A stretch of DNA of 61,492 nucleotides from a virus. The notes beneath the pieces are model-generated. The model worked only from the letters and a program-made list of their open reading frames with translations, was not told the DNA's origin and searched no databases. The stretch spans positions 1 through 61,492 of IMG/VR virus record IMGVR_UViG_3300028786_000001; one strand, written 5' to 3'. This document shows positions 4,777 through 11,904 of the stretch, in pieces; the stretch's first letter is position 1; every line of letters begins with the position of its first letter. A program made the position numbers and the translations under genes.

Positions 4777-5277
4777 TTAAATTTTTTTAATCTTCTTCCT
4801 TAACGTAGATATCCGGTTAGCTACAGTTTGAGGAGCAGCATTCAATTCTTTAGAAATTTCATGTGCACTTTTACGCTGTATAAAATGCATACGGAATATA
4901 TGTTTTTGTTTTTCAGGTAAATCTTTATAGAATGAGAATAGTAATCCCATATATTCGGCAAGGACTATCTCCCTGTCATCTATAGGTATTTCATCGTATA
5001 AATCTTCAGACTGCAATGTGTATCGTTTATGGTCTATGGCTGCATTTTTAGCAACCCTTATCAACCAATTTTTAAGATGATCCCATGATTTTATATCGTC
5101 CCTATGGTTCCAAAGTTTTACAAAAGATTCCATTACTATATCTTCTGTCTGATCCCAATCCCTTACAATCTTCTGTACTACTGATGTAGTAACGCGCTTC
5201 AAACTGTTCAATATGTAAGATAGAGCGGCTTCATCCCCTTTCTTAAATCGCTGTAATATTTCATATTCATGGTCCAC
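4777..5277 (-). CDS. ECF-type sigma-70 family RNA polymerase sigma factor
   Basis: Region-2-like EDIVMESFVKLWNHRDD..NWLIRVAKNAAIDHKR and region-4 HTH LPEKQKHIFRMHFIQRKSAHEISKELNAAPQTVANRISTLRKKI. Confidence 0.8.
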   Translation of the reverse strand: MDHEYEILQRFKKGDEAALSYILNSLKRVTTSVVQKIVRDWDQTEDIVMESFVKLWNHRDDIKSWDHLKNWLIRVAKNAAIDHKRYTLQSEDLYDEIPIDDREIVLAEYMGLLFSFYKDLPEKQKHIFRMHFIQRKSAHEISKELNAAPQTVANRISTLRKKIKKI

Positions 5278-5332
5278 TACTGCCGAAACCAGGATGTTAC
5301 CCCTGGTGCCCGACAGATCAATTGCTAGAAAC

Positions 5333-5455
5333 TATCTAGCGCCATAACCAACCATGCCTCTATTCATTGAACAAGGACCGCCGTGAAAAAGTTTAGAAGT
5401 GTTACAGGAGGCAAGCAAAGCGGTTAGTACGATGATGGTGATTAAGCGTTTCATA
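5333..5455 (-). CDS. small putative lipoprotein (40 aa)
   Basis: Own translation MKRLITIIVLTALLASCNTSKLF... with an LLASC lipobox; preceded by hairpin repeat R1. Below the ORF-track length cutoff. Confidence 0.4.
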
Positions 5456-5466
5456 TATGCGGTTTA

Positions 5467-5509
5467 TTTTTGCCGTCGAAACCCGCAACTAAGCGGGTGC
5501 CCGACGATG
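5467..5509 (-). repeat. GC-rich hairpin repeat R1
   Basis: ttttgccgtcgaaacccgc...gcgggtgcccgacgatg; same flanks (TTTTGCCGTC...CGACGATG) as R2 and R3. Confidence 0.6.
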
Positions 5510-5635
5510 TTATTGCGCTATATGATTCCACCATGCTTCAGTAGATACATACCATGCGAGTATGCCTATACCGGCCAGGGCGAGAATAACGATTGCGGTT
5601 TCTAATACTGCTTTTTTCTGGATCAGAGATTTCAT
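5510..5635 (-). CDS. small membrane protein (41 aa)
   Basis: Own translation MKSLIQKKAVLETAIVILALAGIGILAWYVSTEAWWNHIAQ; preceded by hairpin repeat R2. Confidence 0.4.
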   Translation of the reverse strand: MKSLIQKKAVLETAIVILALAGIGILAWYVSTEAWWNHIAQ

Positions 5636-5645
5636 AAAAGTGGTT

Positions 5646-5691
5646 TTTTGCCGTCAATGCCCGCTCCGGTGAAGGTAGCGGGCTGACGATG
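5646..5691 (-). repeat. GC-rich hairpin repeat R2
   Basis: CGUCA-GCCCGCU-loop-AGCGGGC-AU-UGACG (12 bp) on the minus strand, followed by GCAAAAAA. Lies in the leader between the promoter at 5741-5783 and the ATG at 5635. Confidence 0.6.
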
Positions 5692-5740
5692 TGTAACCGT
5701 CCGTGATTATTTTAAATTTATTACTTCGTTTCTGATAGAT

Positions 5741-5783
5741 CAAAGATAGCACCTTTATTTGAATTGTCAAAGTTCTTTGACAA
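5741..5783 (-). promoter_or_regulatory. early promoter with palindromic operator
   Basis: TTGTCAAAGTTCTTTGACAA (5764-5783), 19-nt spacer, then TATCTTTG (complement of 5741-5748). Confidence 0.7.
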
Positions 5784-6272
5784 CTATTTTTGAATTATTT
5801 TTTGAAGACTTTCGTAGAACAGACTTTCCAGGCGTTCGTAATTACTGGCTGTCAATGAACTACGACGGTTGCCTGCAACGTTTAAAATAGTGATATTATG
5901 CAGTAAAATGAAGTCTTCAAATTGATCGACAGTGGGGTTGCAAAAGTGAGGTTTGCCGAACCTCTTACAGTAGTAAATAGTCAATCGTGATCCGACTGAG
6001 TGGGTATTGCCGTACAAGATCGTAGCATCGCTATCTAAGACATTCTGTTTGGTCCTGGCATCATACGTATAAAAAGGACTTTCTATTAAGCCAAAGCCAG
6101 CTAATGAAGGGTCAGGACCATTTTCTGTACGGTATTCCTTCGGCGCTGTTCCACCAGTAGGAACGCCTAATTTCTTAGCTACTTCTAACGCCATGCGATC
6201 TATACCGGTTTGGCCTCCTGAGATTATTTTTTGTAACACTATGATTGTTTTTACCGTCAATGCCCGCTCCAT
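5784..6272 (-). CDS. YpsA-like SLOG-family protein (putative nucleotide/ligand-binding)
   Basis: KIISGGQTGIDRMALEVAKKLGVPTGGTAPKEYRTENGP matches the GGQTGxD signature of the YpsA/MoCo-carrier-like SLOG clade. The start is uncertain: the track start at 6305 reads through repeat R3, and the ATG at 6272 also lies inside R3. Confidence 0.55.
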   Translation of the reverse strand: MERALTVKTIIVLQKIISGGQTGIDRMALEVAKKLGVPTGGTAPKEYRTENGPDPSLAGFGLIESPFYTYDARTKQNVLDSDATILYGNTHSVGSRLTIYYCKRFGKPHFCNPTVDQFEDFILLHNITILNVAGNRRSSLTASNYERLESLFYESLQKIIQK

Positions 6273-6293
6273 TGACGGCAGCGGGCTGACAGA
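6248..6293 (-). repeat. GC-rich hairpin repeat R3
   Basis: tttttaccgtcaatgcccgctccattgacggcagcgggctgacaga. Two mutually exclusive hairpins are possible (CCGTCAAT/ATTGACGG or GCCCGCT/AGCGGGC). Confidence 0.6.
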
Positions 6294-6308
6294 ATCAAAA
6301 AGCAAAAA

Positions 6309-7793
6309 CTATTTTTTCTTGTAATGCCAATCTTCGATGAAGCCAAGGTAATGCTTAGCGCGGGTAAGCACTACGTAAAGCAAATTGTATTCTTGTACGA
6401 TCTGCCATTCCTTACGTGCATAAGGTGCGGGCATTAGTTCACGATCAATAACGAATACCCTGTCTGCTTCCAGGCCCTTGGCCTTGTGTGCAGTACTGAA
6501 GCAGATGCCGCGTTTGTTATCGCTGAAAAGTTCATTGATCCAGGTGATCAACTGTTGCGGTGTGCGTACGTCGGCACTATCAACGATGGCCTGAAAAACT
6601 TCTATCTTCTCCTGCATAACCATGTAAGCAGGCTCTTCCTTGATCTCGTTTGTAGTCATCTTCGGGGACTTCTTAGCGATCCGGCTAAAGATGATACGCA
6701 ATTCCTTTTCAAGCCATTGCTCGAATTGTTCGATAGTGTTAGCCTTACTACGGATAACCAGCGTAGCCAGTTGCTTACCCATATCACCACCTTTAATATA
6801 AGCCTTGAAATGCATCTTGATGAAGTGCATGCAAAGTTTTACTAAAGGCGCTGTATTGCGACATAACACCATATCACCATCTTTTATATTTTTAATTGTA
6901 TCGTTCTGTTCAACTTCGCCTTCAATAGCTCCATCATGTGCTTTGATATCAATGCTTGGAAGAAGCTCATTCACGTATGCGATAATTTTACTACCACACC
7001 GGTAATTGAAAGATAATGGAAGCTCAATAGTGTTGGGGAACCGCTTCAGGGTTTCGAACGATTCGCTATCGGCCCCGGCGAAGCCGTAGATGGCTTGGTG
7101 TGGATCGCCAACAAAGATAAGACGTGTTCCGCTATGGATCATCTTGCGGATCATCGCTTGTTGCGCCTTATTCAAGTCCTGGCATTCATCAACGAATACC
7201 CAATCCGCTTTCGGTAACTTGATCTCTTTTTCTGTTGCAGCCATGTACAGCATATCAACGAAGTCATGAGTAGTTTTATCCACGTCTAAGACATGCAACA
7301 CTTCCATAGCCTTCGTCAATTCACCATTGACTACTTCTATGCCATGCTTCACCGCCATTGTATGCGCTTCAGTAGGATTTTCGATTAAGTTCAACCGGTA
7401 AAGGTCCACTAGCTTGCGAACGCGGGCGAGATAATCGGCATCCACTAATTCCGGGTCTTCGTTATACCAGCTATCGCGTAAGCTGCTTACGACATTATAT
7501 ACCCGCTTATCGTCCATCTGGCTTTTCCTGGCTGCATATAACGCCTTAGCACCAAGGGAGTGTAAGGTAGATACATTGACGTAAGAAGGAACACGGCTTT
7601 TGATCTCTTCGGCTATGGCTTTACCAAAAGCCAGGAAGTAGATAGATGCATCGGCTGGGATAAGTTCTAAGGCTTTTACAATGGTAGTTGTCTTACCTGA
7701 TCCGGCTACCGCGTTGATCACTGCGTTACCGGTGCCGTTTTCAATAAAATCAAAGATAGCTTGCTGATAAATAGAGGGTTTGAAATTTGACAT
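6309..7793 (-). CDS. UvrD/Rep/PcrA-like superfamily-1 DNA helicase
   Basis: Walker A AVAGSGKTTT, motif II FVDECQD, FVGDPHQAIYGFAGA, C-terminal FSTAHKAKGLEADRVFV and LLYVVLTRAK. Confidence 0.85.
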   Translation of the reverse strand: MSNFKPSIYQQAIFDFIENGTGNAVINAVAGSGKTTTIVKALELIPADASIYFLAFGKAIAEEIKSRVPSYVNVSTLHSLGAKALYAARKSQMDDKRVYNVVSSLRDSWYNEDPELVDADYLARVRKLVDLYRLNLIENPTEAHTMAVKHGIEVVNGELTKAMEVLHVLDVDKTTHDFVDMLYMAATEKEIKLPKADWVFVDECQDLNKAQQAMIRKMIHSGTRLIFVGDPHQAIYGFAGADSESFETLKRFPNTIELPLSFNYRCGSKIIAYVNELLPSIDIKAHDGAIEGEVEQNDTIKNIKDGDMVLCRNTAPLVKLCMHFIKMHFKAYIKGGDMGKQLATLVIRSKANTIEQFEQWLEKELRIIFSRIAKKSPKMTTNEIKEEPAYMVMQEKIEVFQAIVDSADVRTPQQLITWINELFSDNKRGICFSTAHKAKGLEADRVFVIDRELMPAPYARKEWQIVQEYNLLYVVLTRAKHYLGFIEDWHYKKK

Positions 7794-7815
7794 GGTGTAT
7801 TGCTTTTTGATACAG

Positions 7816-7858
7816 CAAATATAGGGTACGAATTTGATATGTCAAAGTTTTTTGACAA
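7816..7858 (-). promoter_or_regulatory. early promoter with palindromic operator
   Basis: ATGTCAAAGTTTTTTGACAA (7839-7858), 19-nt spacer, then TATATTTG (complement of 7816-7823), upstream of the helicase ATG at 7793. Confidence 0.7.
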
Positions 7859-8257
7859 CTATTTTTTCTTGCGATACGGCCCGATTATTTCATCTAAATA
7901 TTTTTTAGCTTCTGATTCATCTTCCGTATCTTCTAAAAAATGAAAAAGATAGCCTACAGCATTGCGATACGCTTTTAATGATTTTTTCAATTCTGCATTT
8001 TCAAAATCACGCATATCAGATGATTGTGTCGGATTATAATCAGTAATTAATTTACCTCCTTCTTCCCTGCTTTCAGGTAATAATCCATACATTGCGACTA
8101 ACCAACTAGCTTGTTTTTGTGTTATCTCGAAGCCACCTGATAGTCTAGATTTTGGATTCATTACAACTGTTAGAATGTTAGTAGGCTGAGAGAATATAAG
8201 TAGCCATTTCTTACTTCCGTCTTTGTAGATTATCTGCCTAACCTGATGTACCTGCAT
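7859..8257 (-). CDS. hypothetical protein (132 aa)
   Basis: ORF track; its stop abuts the palindrome (AAAATAG|TTGTCAAAA). Confidence 0.6.
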   Translation of the reverse strand: MQVHQVRQIIYKDGSKKWLLIFSQPTNILTVVMNPKSRLSGGFEITQKQASWLVAMYGLLPESREEGGKLITDYNPTQSSDMRDFENAELKKSLKAYRNAVGYLFHFLEDTEDESEAKKYLDEIIGPYRKKK

Positions 8258-8262
8258 GTTGA

Positions 8263-8580
8263 TTATTTTTTATCCTTAAGATGTATTCTAAAAGTATCTA
8301 AAATATCTATTTTAGTAAACTTAGAACCATTCGCTTGTGCAAGTCTTAAACAATTATCGAAAGTTTCACCTATCAAAGATGAACAGCCAGTTAATTCAAC
8401 ACGTTTCAACCTGCTTTCTAAATCTATCAGGCTCGATCTGCCGTATTCAGTTTCATAATATCTTTTAAAATTTTCCAATGACATGCCATACGTGACAGGA
8501 GCATCTACCATAGTGGACCATTCAAAATAATAGTCGATGTTGTCACGGTCATCAGTGATTCTCATTATTAGTTTTCCCAT
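8263..8580 (-). CDS. hypothetical protein (105 aa)
   Basis: ORF track; 5-nt spacing to neighbours. Confidence 0.6.
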   Translation of the reverse strand: MGKLIMRITDDRDNIDYYFEWSTMVDAPVTYGMSLENFKRYYETEYGRSSLIDLESRLKRVELTGCSSLIGETFDNCLRLAQANGSKFTKIDILDTFRIHLKDKK

Positions 8581-8585
8581 GTTGA

Positions 8586-8894
8586 TTATTTTTTGGGGTT
8601 ACAAAGATTGATGGCCTTTTGAAATGCCTTAATGCGTGATTTCCTATCTGAAACATCCCACCAATACACGTCTATATAGTGTTTCGGTTTTTGCGCATAC
8701 AGTTCCGGAAATTCATTTTCCATATGATAATAGGCTAAATCATTTTCGCATTTATATTCAGCTATATGTTGAGTAGTTTCTATTGACTGTGATAAAGCCA
8801 AACAAATACCTGCTTTGATAGGCTGTTTAAAATTTTTATAAATTGTAAGCGCCTGTTCGTATATGCGCTGCCGTTGTTTTCTTGTGAATTCCAT
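8586..8894 (-). CDS. hypothetical protein (102 aa), paralogue of 20330..20608
   Basis: Shared layout with 20330..20608 (KAGICLALSQS vs RFHLCSQLAF) and shared C-terminus (KAINLCNPKK vs RAITLCNKKK). Confidence 0.6.
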   Translation of the reverse strand: MEFTRKQRQRIYEQALTIYKNFKQPIKAGICLALSQSIETTQHIAEYKCENDLAYYHMENEFPELYAQKPKHYIDVYWWDVSDRKSRIKAFQKAINLCNPKK

Positions 8895-8899
8895 AATAT

Positions 8900-9532
8900 C
8901 TATTTTACAGTTGTAATTTTAATATTAATAATTTCTCGGCATTTAGCTACCATATTGAAAAATTGTCTAGCTTGTTTTTTAGTAAAACATACACCGTGAA
9001 CATTGACAGCAGCGGCCCATTTTTTAGCGTCTGCTGATCCTTGCGCCGGCTGTATAATGAATTTCTGTACTTGACTCATTACAAATTCAAGATCAGGATT
9101 TTCTTTTATTTTCGTAGTAGCTTCATTTATAAATACGCGTTTTTGAAGATCAGTTAAACTTTTAACGTTTGAAATCCAGAGATCGGGGAGACATGGTGTT
9201 TCTTCGAGAAAGAATTTTTTAACGTACATCGATACACCAAGATTAGTCGGATTAATCGGAATTTCTGTACTAGTTGTCGTTATAACTTTAACAACAAAAT
9301 TCCTGCCCATATTTATAAGTTCACCATTATAAATATAATTACGCAATTCTTCTGCATGTTCTAAGGCTTGTTCATAACCGTATACATTCTCATAAGGTAT
9401 CTCTCCTGCATAATACATGGAAAGTCTCTCATTGTATTTGCTATAATCAGAAGATACGAAATAGCCGGTATTTCTTTCATAAGATACCGCATAGCTTGTA
9501 TGTGTTTTAGTTATTACTGATTGATTTGACAT
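8900..9532 (-). CDS. hypothetical protein (210 aa)
   Basis: ORF track trimmed to the ATG at 9532 (MSNQSVITK). The track start at 9598 is a TTG inside the palindrome. Confidence 0.6.
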   Translation of the reverse strand: MSNQSVITKTHTSYAVSYERNTGYFVSSDYSKYNERLSMYYAGEIPYENVYGYEQALEHAEELRNYIYNGELINMGRNFVVKVITTTSTEIPINPTNLGVSMYVKKFFLEETPCLPDLWISNVKSLTDLQKRVFINEATTKIKENPDLEFVMSQVQKFIIQPAQGSADAKKWAAAVNVHGVCFTKKQARQFFNMVAKCREIINIKITTVK

Positions 9533-9555
9533 GAGTTTTTTTGCTTTTGTTTCAA

Positions 9556-9598
9556 CAAACCTACAATTAATAATTGAATTGTCAAAGAACTTTGACAA
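9556..9598 (-). promoter_or_regulatory. leftward early promoter with palindromic operator
   Basis: TTGTCAAAGAACTTTGACAA (9579-9598), 19-nt spacer, then TAGGTTTG (complement of 9556-9563). Confidence 0.7.
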
Positions 9599-9613
9599 AA
9601 TATTTTATTTGCA

Positions 9614-9633
9614 TAGTCAAAGAATGTTGACTA
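9614..9633. promoter_or_regulatory. second, variant palindrome in the divergent control region
   Basis: TAGTCAAAGAATGTTGACTA, ending 3 nt before the HTH gene start. Confidence 0.55.
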
Positions 9634-9636
9634 CTT

Positions 9637-9849
9637 TTGGACATGCATAATGACAGATTAATACCGTTCCTTCAGGAATACAAAGGCTATTTCAGGTTAA
9701 ATGATATCGAACGCGAGACAGGTATTCCTAAGTCCACCTTAAGCCGGGCGGCATCTGGTGAGCGTGGATTAACGGACGAACAATCGGCTAAAGTGGTCGA
9801 ATATTTCCGTACGATCCGTGTTGTCTTAGAAAGTCTTTTGAAAAAATAA
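9637..9849 (+). CDS. small helix-turn-helix DNA-binding protein (Cro/CI-like candidate)
   Basis: LNDIERETGIPKSTLSRAASGERGLT is HTH-like. First gene of the rightward arm; TTG at 9637 or ATG at 9643. Confidence 0.55.
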   Translation: MDMHNDRLIPFLQEYKGYFRLNDIERETGIPKSTLSRAASGERGLTDEQSAKVVEYFRTIRVVLESLLKK

Positions 9850-9853
9850 TATT

Positions 9854-10075
9854 ATGAGCAACCAAATAGGCGCAATTGCTATGCGAAAATTAGGAGATGT
9901 TATAAAAAAGACAATTCCTGGACTTGGCTTCGCAATTATTGTTTTCGAATTTAATAAACCAGGGTTAGCTAATTATATTTCAAATGCTAATCGTGAAGAC
10001 ATGATTAAATCACTTGAAGAAACGATTGCCCGATTAAAAGGAGGCGAGATTTTAAAAACACCAGAAGAAAATTAA
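9854..10075 (+). CDS. hypothetical protein (73 aa)
   Basis: ORF track. Confidence 0.5.
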   Translation: MSNQIGAIAMRKLGDVIKKTIPGLGFAIIVFEFNKPGLANYISNANREDMIKSLEETIARLKGGEILKTPEEN

Positions 10076-10076
10076 A

Positions 10077-10120
10077 ATGTCAAAATATTTTGACATTTCA
10101 GAAATTAGGTTTTAGCTTTG
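10077..10120 (+). promoter_or_regulatory. rightward early promoter with palindromic operator
   Basis: ATGTCAAAATATTTTGACAT (10077-10096), 19-nt spacer, then TAGCTTTG (10113-10120). The ATG at 10125 implies a near-leaderless mRNA. Confidence 0.7.
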
Positions 10121-10124
10121 ATAT

Positions 10125-10781
10125 ATGGAAATACTGGCATCAGAATTTCAAGATCAATACTTGATTGACAATTATAAAACAAAATACATCGCTGAATTAG
10201 CGAAGACGTTAGGCATTAAAAAGGGATCAGTTAGATATAGGATGAAACGGTTAGGTCTATCCTATTCTACAGAAGAAGTGAGCCAAAGACGTAAGGCAGC
10301 AGGTAGAACTTCCATGTTAGCGCTTCTGGAAAAACAAGCAATAACAAGGCAACGTGATAAAACTAATTTTCCTTTTAAAGGGTATTCCATCCACTCTATT
10401 GTATATTTTGCATCTGTACGTATCATACCCAAAGCACAAGTTAAAAGTAAGCCTACCTTAAAAGAGATATTGGAAGATATATGTACGGTCATGAATATGC
10501 CGATAGAAGAAGTACAGCGGCAGAGAGTGAAAAAAAGTAAGCGGGAAATATCATTTTGTAAATTTCTTTTTTGTTATCTTGCCAAACGCTTATACCCTAC
10601 TAAGCCGCATAAAGAAATAGCTGCATTTATAGGATATAAAGAACATACTATGTCTATGTATGCTGTTCGACAGATCGAAGATGGTTTATCAACTAAAGAC
10701 CCGGTTTTCTTAAATGACTGGTATACGTATATAGGCAATACTACCATTTATAAACGTATACAAGCATTCGAAGCGCGATGA
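10125..10781 (+). CDS. DNA-binding protein with a DnaA domain-IV-like C-terminus (replication initiator/regulator candidate)
   Basis: N-terminal HTH (IAELAKTLGIKKGSVRYRMKRLGL). The C-terminus FCKFLFCYLAKRLYPTKPHKEIAAFIGYKEHTMSMYAVRQIEDGL resembles the DnaA C-terminal DNA-binding domain. Confidence 0.55.
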   Translation: MEILASEFQDQYLIDNYKTKYIAELAKTLGIKKGSVRYRMKRLGLSYSTEEVSQRRKAAGRTSMLALLEKQAITRQRDKTNFPFKGYSIHSIVYFASVRIIPKAQVKSKPTLKEILEDICTVMNMPIEEVQRQRVKKSKREISFCKFLFCYLAKRLYPTKPHKEIAAFIGYKEHTMSMYAVRQIEDGLSTKDPVFLNDWYTYIGNTTIYKRIQAFEAR

Positions 10782-10933
10782 GATACATATTCCTTATATT
10801 ACTCTTCATCAGTTGCTACCCTGCACGTAAGCCAGATGGATCGTATCAGACGAAGTTTATTAACAGAGTACTAGCTAAAAAATATGTTGACACATGCAAA
10901 GATAGTAGAATAGGTAACTTACATAAAAAGTAA
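10778..10933 (+). CDS. small putative lipoprotein (51 aa)
   Basis: Own translation MRYIFLILLFISCYPARKPDG... with a lipobox-like FISC; ATGA overlap with the previous stop. Confidence 0.35.
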   Translation: MRYIFLILLFISCYPARKPDGSYQTKFINRVLAKKYVDTCKDSRIGNLHKK

Positions 10934-10943
10934 ATCATATACA

Positions 10944-11189
10944 ATGGGTTGCTTCGACACGGTAATTTTTAAATGTCCGGAATGTGGTGCAAAGTTGGAA
11001 GAGCAAAGTAAAGGCGGTAAATGTTGTATGGGCGAGTTTCCGGCTTCCGCTGTACCTTTTGGTGTTGCCGATGACCTATTAGGTAAAGTAATAGTTTGCA
11101 ATGAATGTTGTACGGAATGGGCTATAGAAACAATGTATCATGAGAAAGTGCCGTTAATGCTTAAACCCGTAACCGTCACAAAATGGTAA
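10944..11189 (+). CDS. zinc-ribbon protein (81 aa)
   Basis: CPECGAKL ... CNECC cysteine pairs. Confidence 0.55.
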   Translation: MGCFDTVIFKCPECGAKLEEQSKGGKCCMGEFPASAVPFGVADDLLGKVIVCNECCTEWAIETMYHEKVPLMLKPVTVTKW

Positions 11190-11206
11190 AGAAAATCAAT
11201 TAAACA

Positions 11207-11560
11207 ATGTATACACTTACAATTTCGCTAAACTCCAATGAGGATTTATTAAAGTTCGCTCAAATCGTTGCCGGTGTATCTGGTGCTACCATCACCGGTG
11301 CAACATCGACTATCAAACCCGCTGCCGATACTAAGCCGGTGAAAGAAGAAAAACAGCCTGAAGCTGCCGAACCTAAAGGCGAATCCGAAGACGACATACG
11401 GGCGAGATTACGCGCTACGGTCACCGAATCGAACAAGGCGGGTAATATCGATGCGAACCGGGCATTGCTGGAAAAGTACAAGGCCAAGAATGTTACCACT
11501 CTGGCCGCGGAAGACCTGTTGAAATTCGAAGTCGAATTGAACGCAATCGCCGGTAAATAG
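11207..11560 (+). CDS. hypothetical protein (117 aa)
   Basis: ORF track. Confidence 0.55.
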   Translation: MYTLTISLNSNEDLLKFAQIVAGVSGATITGATSTIKPAADTKPVKEEKQPEAAEPKGESEDDIRARLRATVTESNKAGNIDANRALLEKYKAKNVTTLAAEDLLKFEVELNAIAGK

Positions 11561-11565
11561 TTTAT

Positions 11566-11904
11566 ATGTGCTATAAACTTTCAATTAAAGTAGAAGCCGA
11601 TATTAATTTGTCTGATGATGAATTTGCATTATTGTGGAAATCATGCACATCGCATTATGACAGTTCAATACGGTTTCTACTTATGCCGGGACAGTTCATG
11701 TACGGATGGAAAAACTTACGGATATCAGTAAGTGATGAAGCTGATAAATCATATACGTTGAAATTCCGTGAAATAGATAAGCTCTGTAAATCTTTAGAAA
11801 TGGATATCAACAATAGCCAGCTTTCTTATCAGCTTTTTAAAAAACTTTCAAGAATTTTAGAGGACATTAATGAAACATCAGTAGTCCTTAATAAATTAAT
11901 TTAA
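11566..11904 (+). CDS. hypothetical protein (112 aa)
   Basis: ORF track; abuts the next gene. Confidence 0.55.
   Translation: MCYKLSIKVEADINLSDDEFALLWKSCTSHYDSSIRFLLMPGQFMYGWKNLRISVSDEADKSYTLKFREIDKLCKSLEMDINNSQLSYQLFKKLSRILEDINETSVVLNKLI

Noticed and set aside
5399-5605. Plus-strand ORF of 68 aa
   Set aside because: It lies antisense to two short minus-strand genes (lipobox and TM helix) and reads through hairpin repeat R1. All neighbours are on the minus strand.
9533-9598. N-terminal extensions of ORFs 8900..9598 and 3135..3512 given in the track
   Set aside because: Both start at TTG codons that are part of the promoter palindrome and run through the -7 box. ATG codons downstream of the predicted transcription start fit better.
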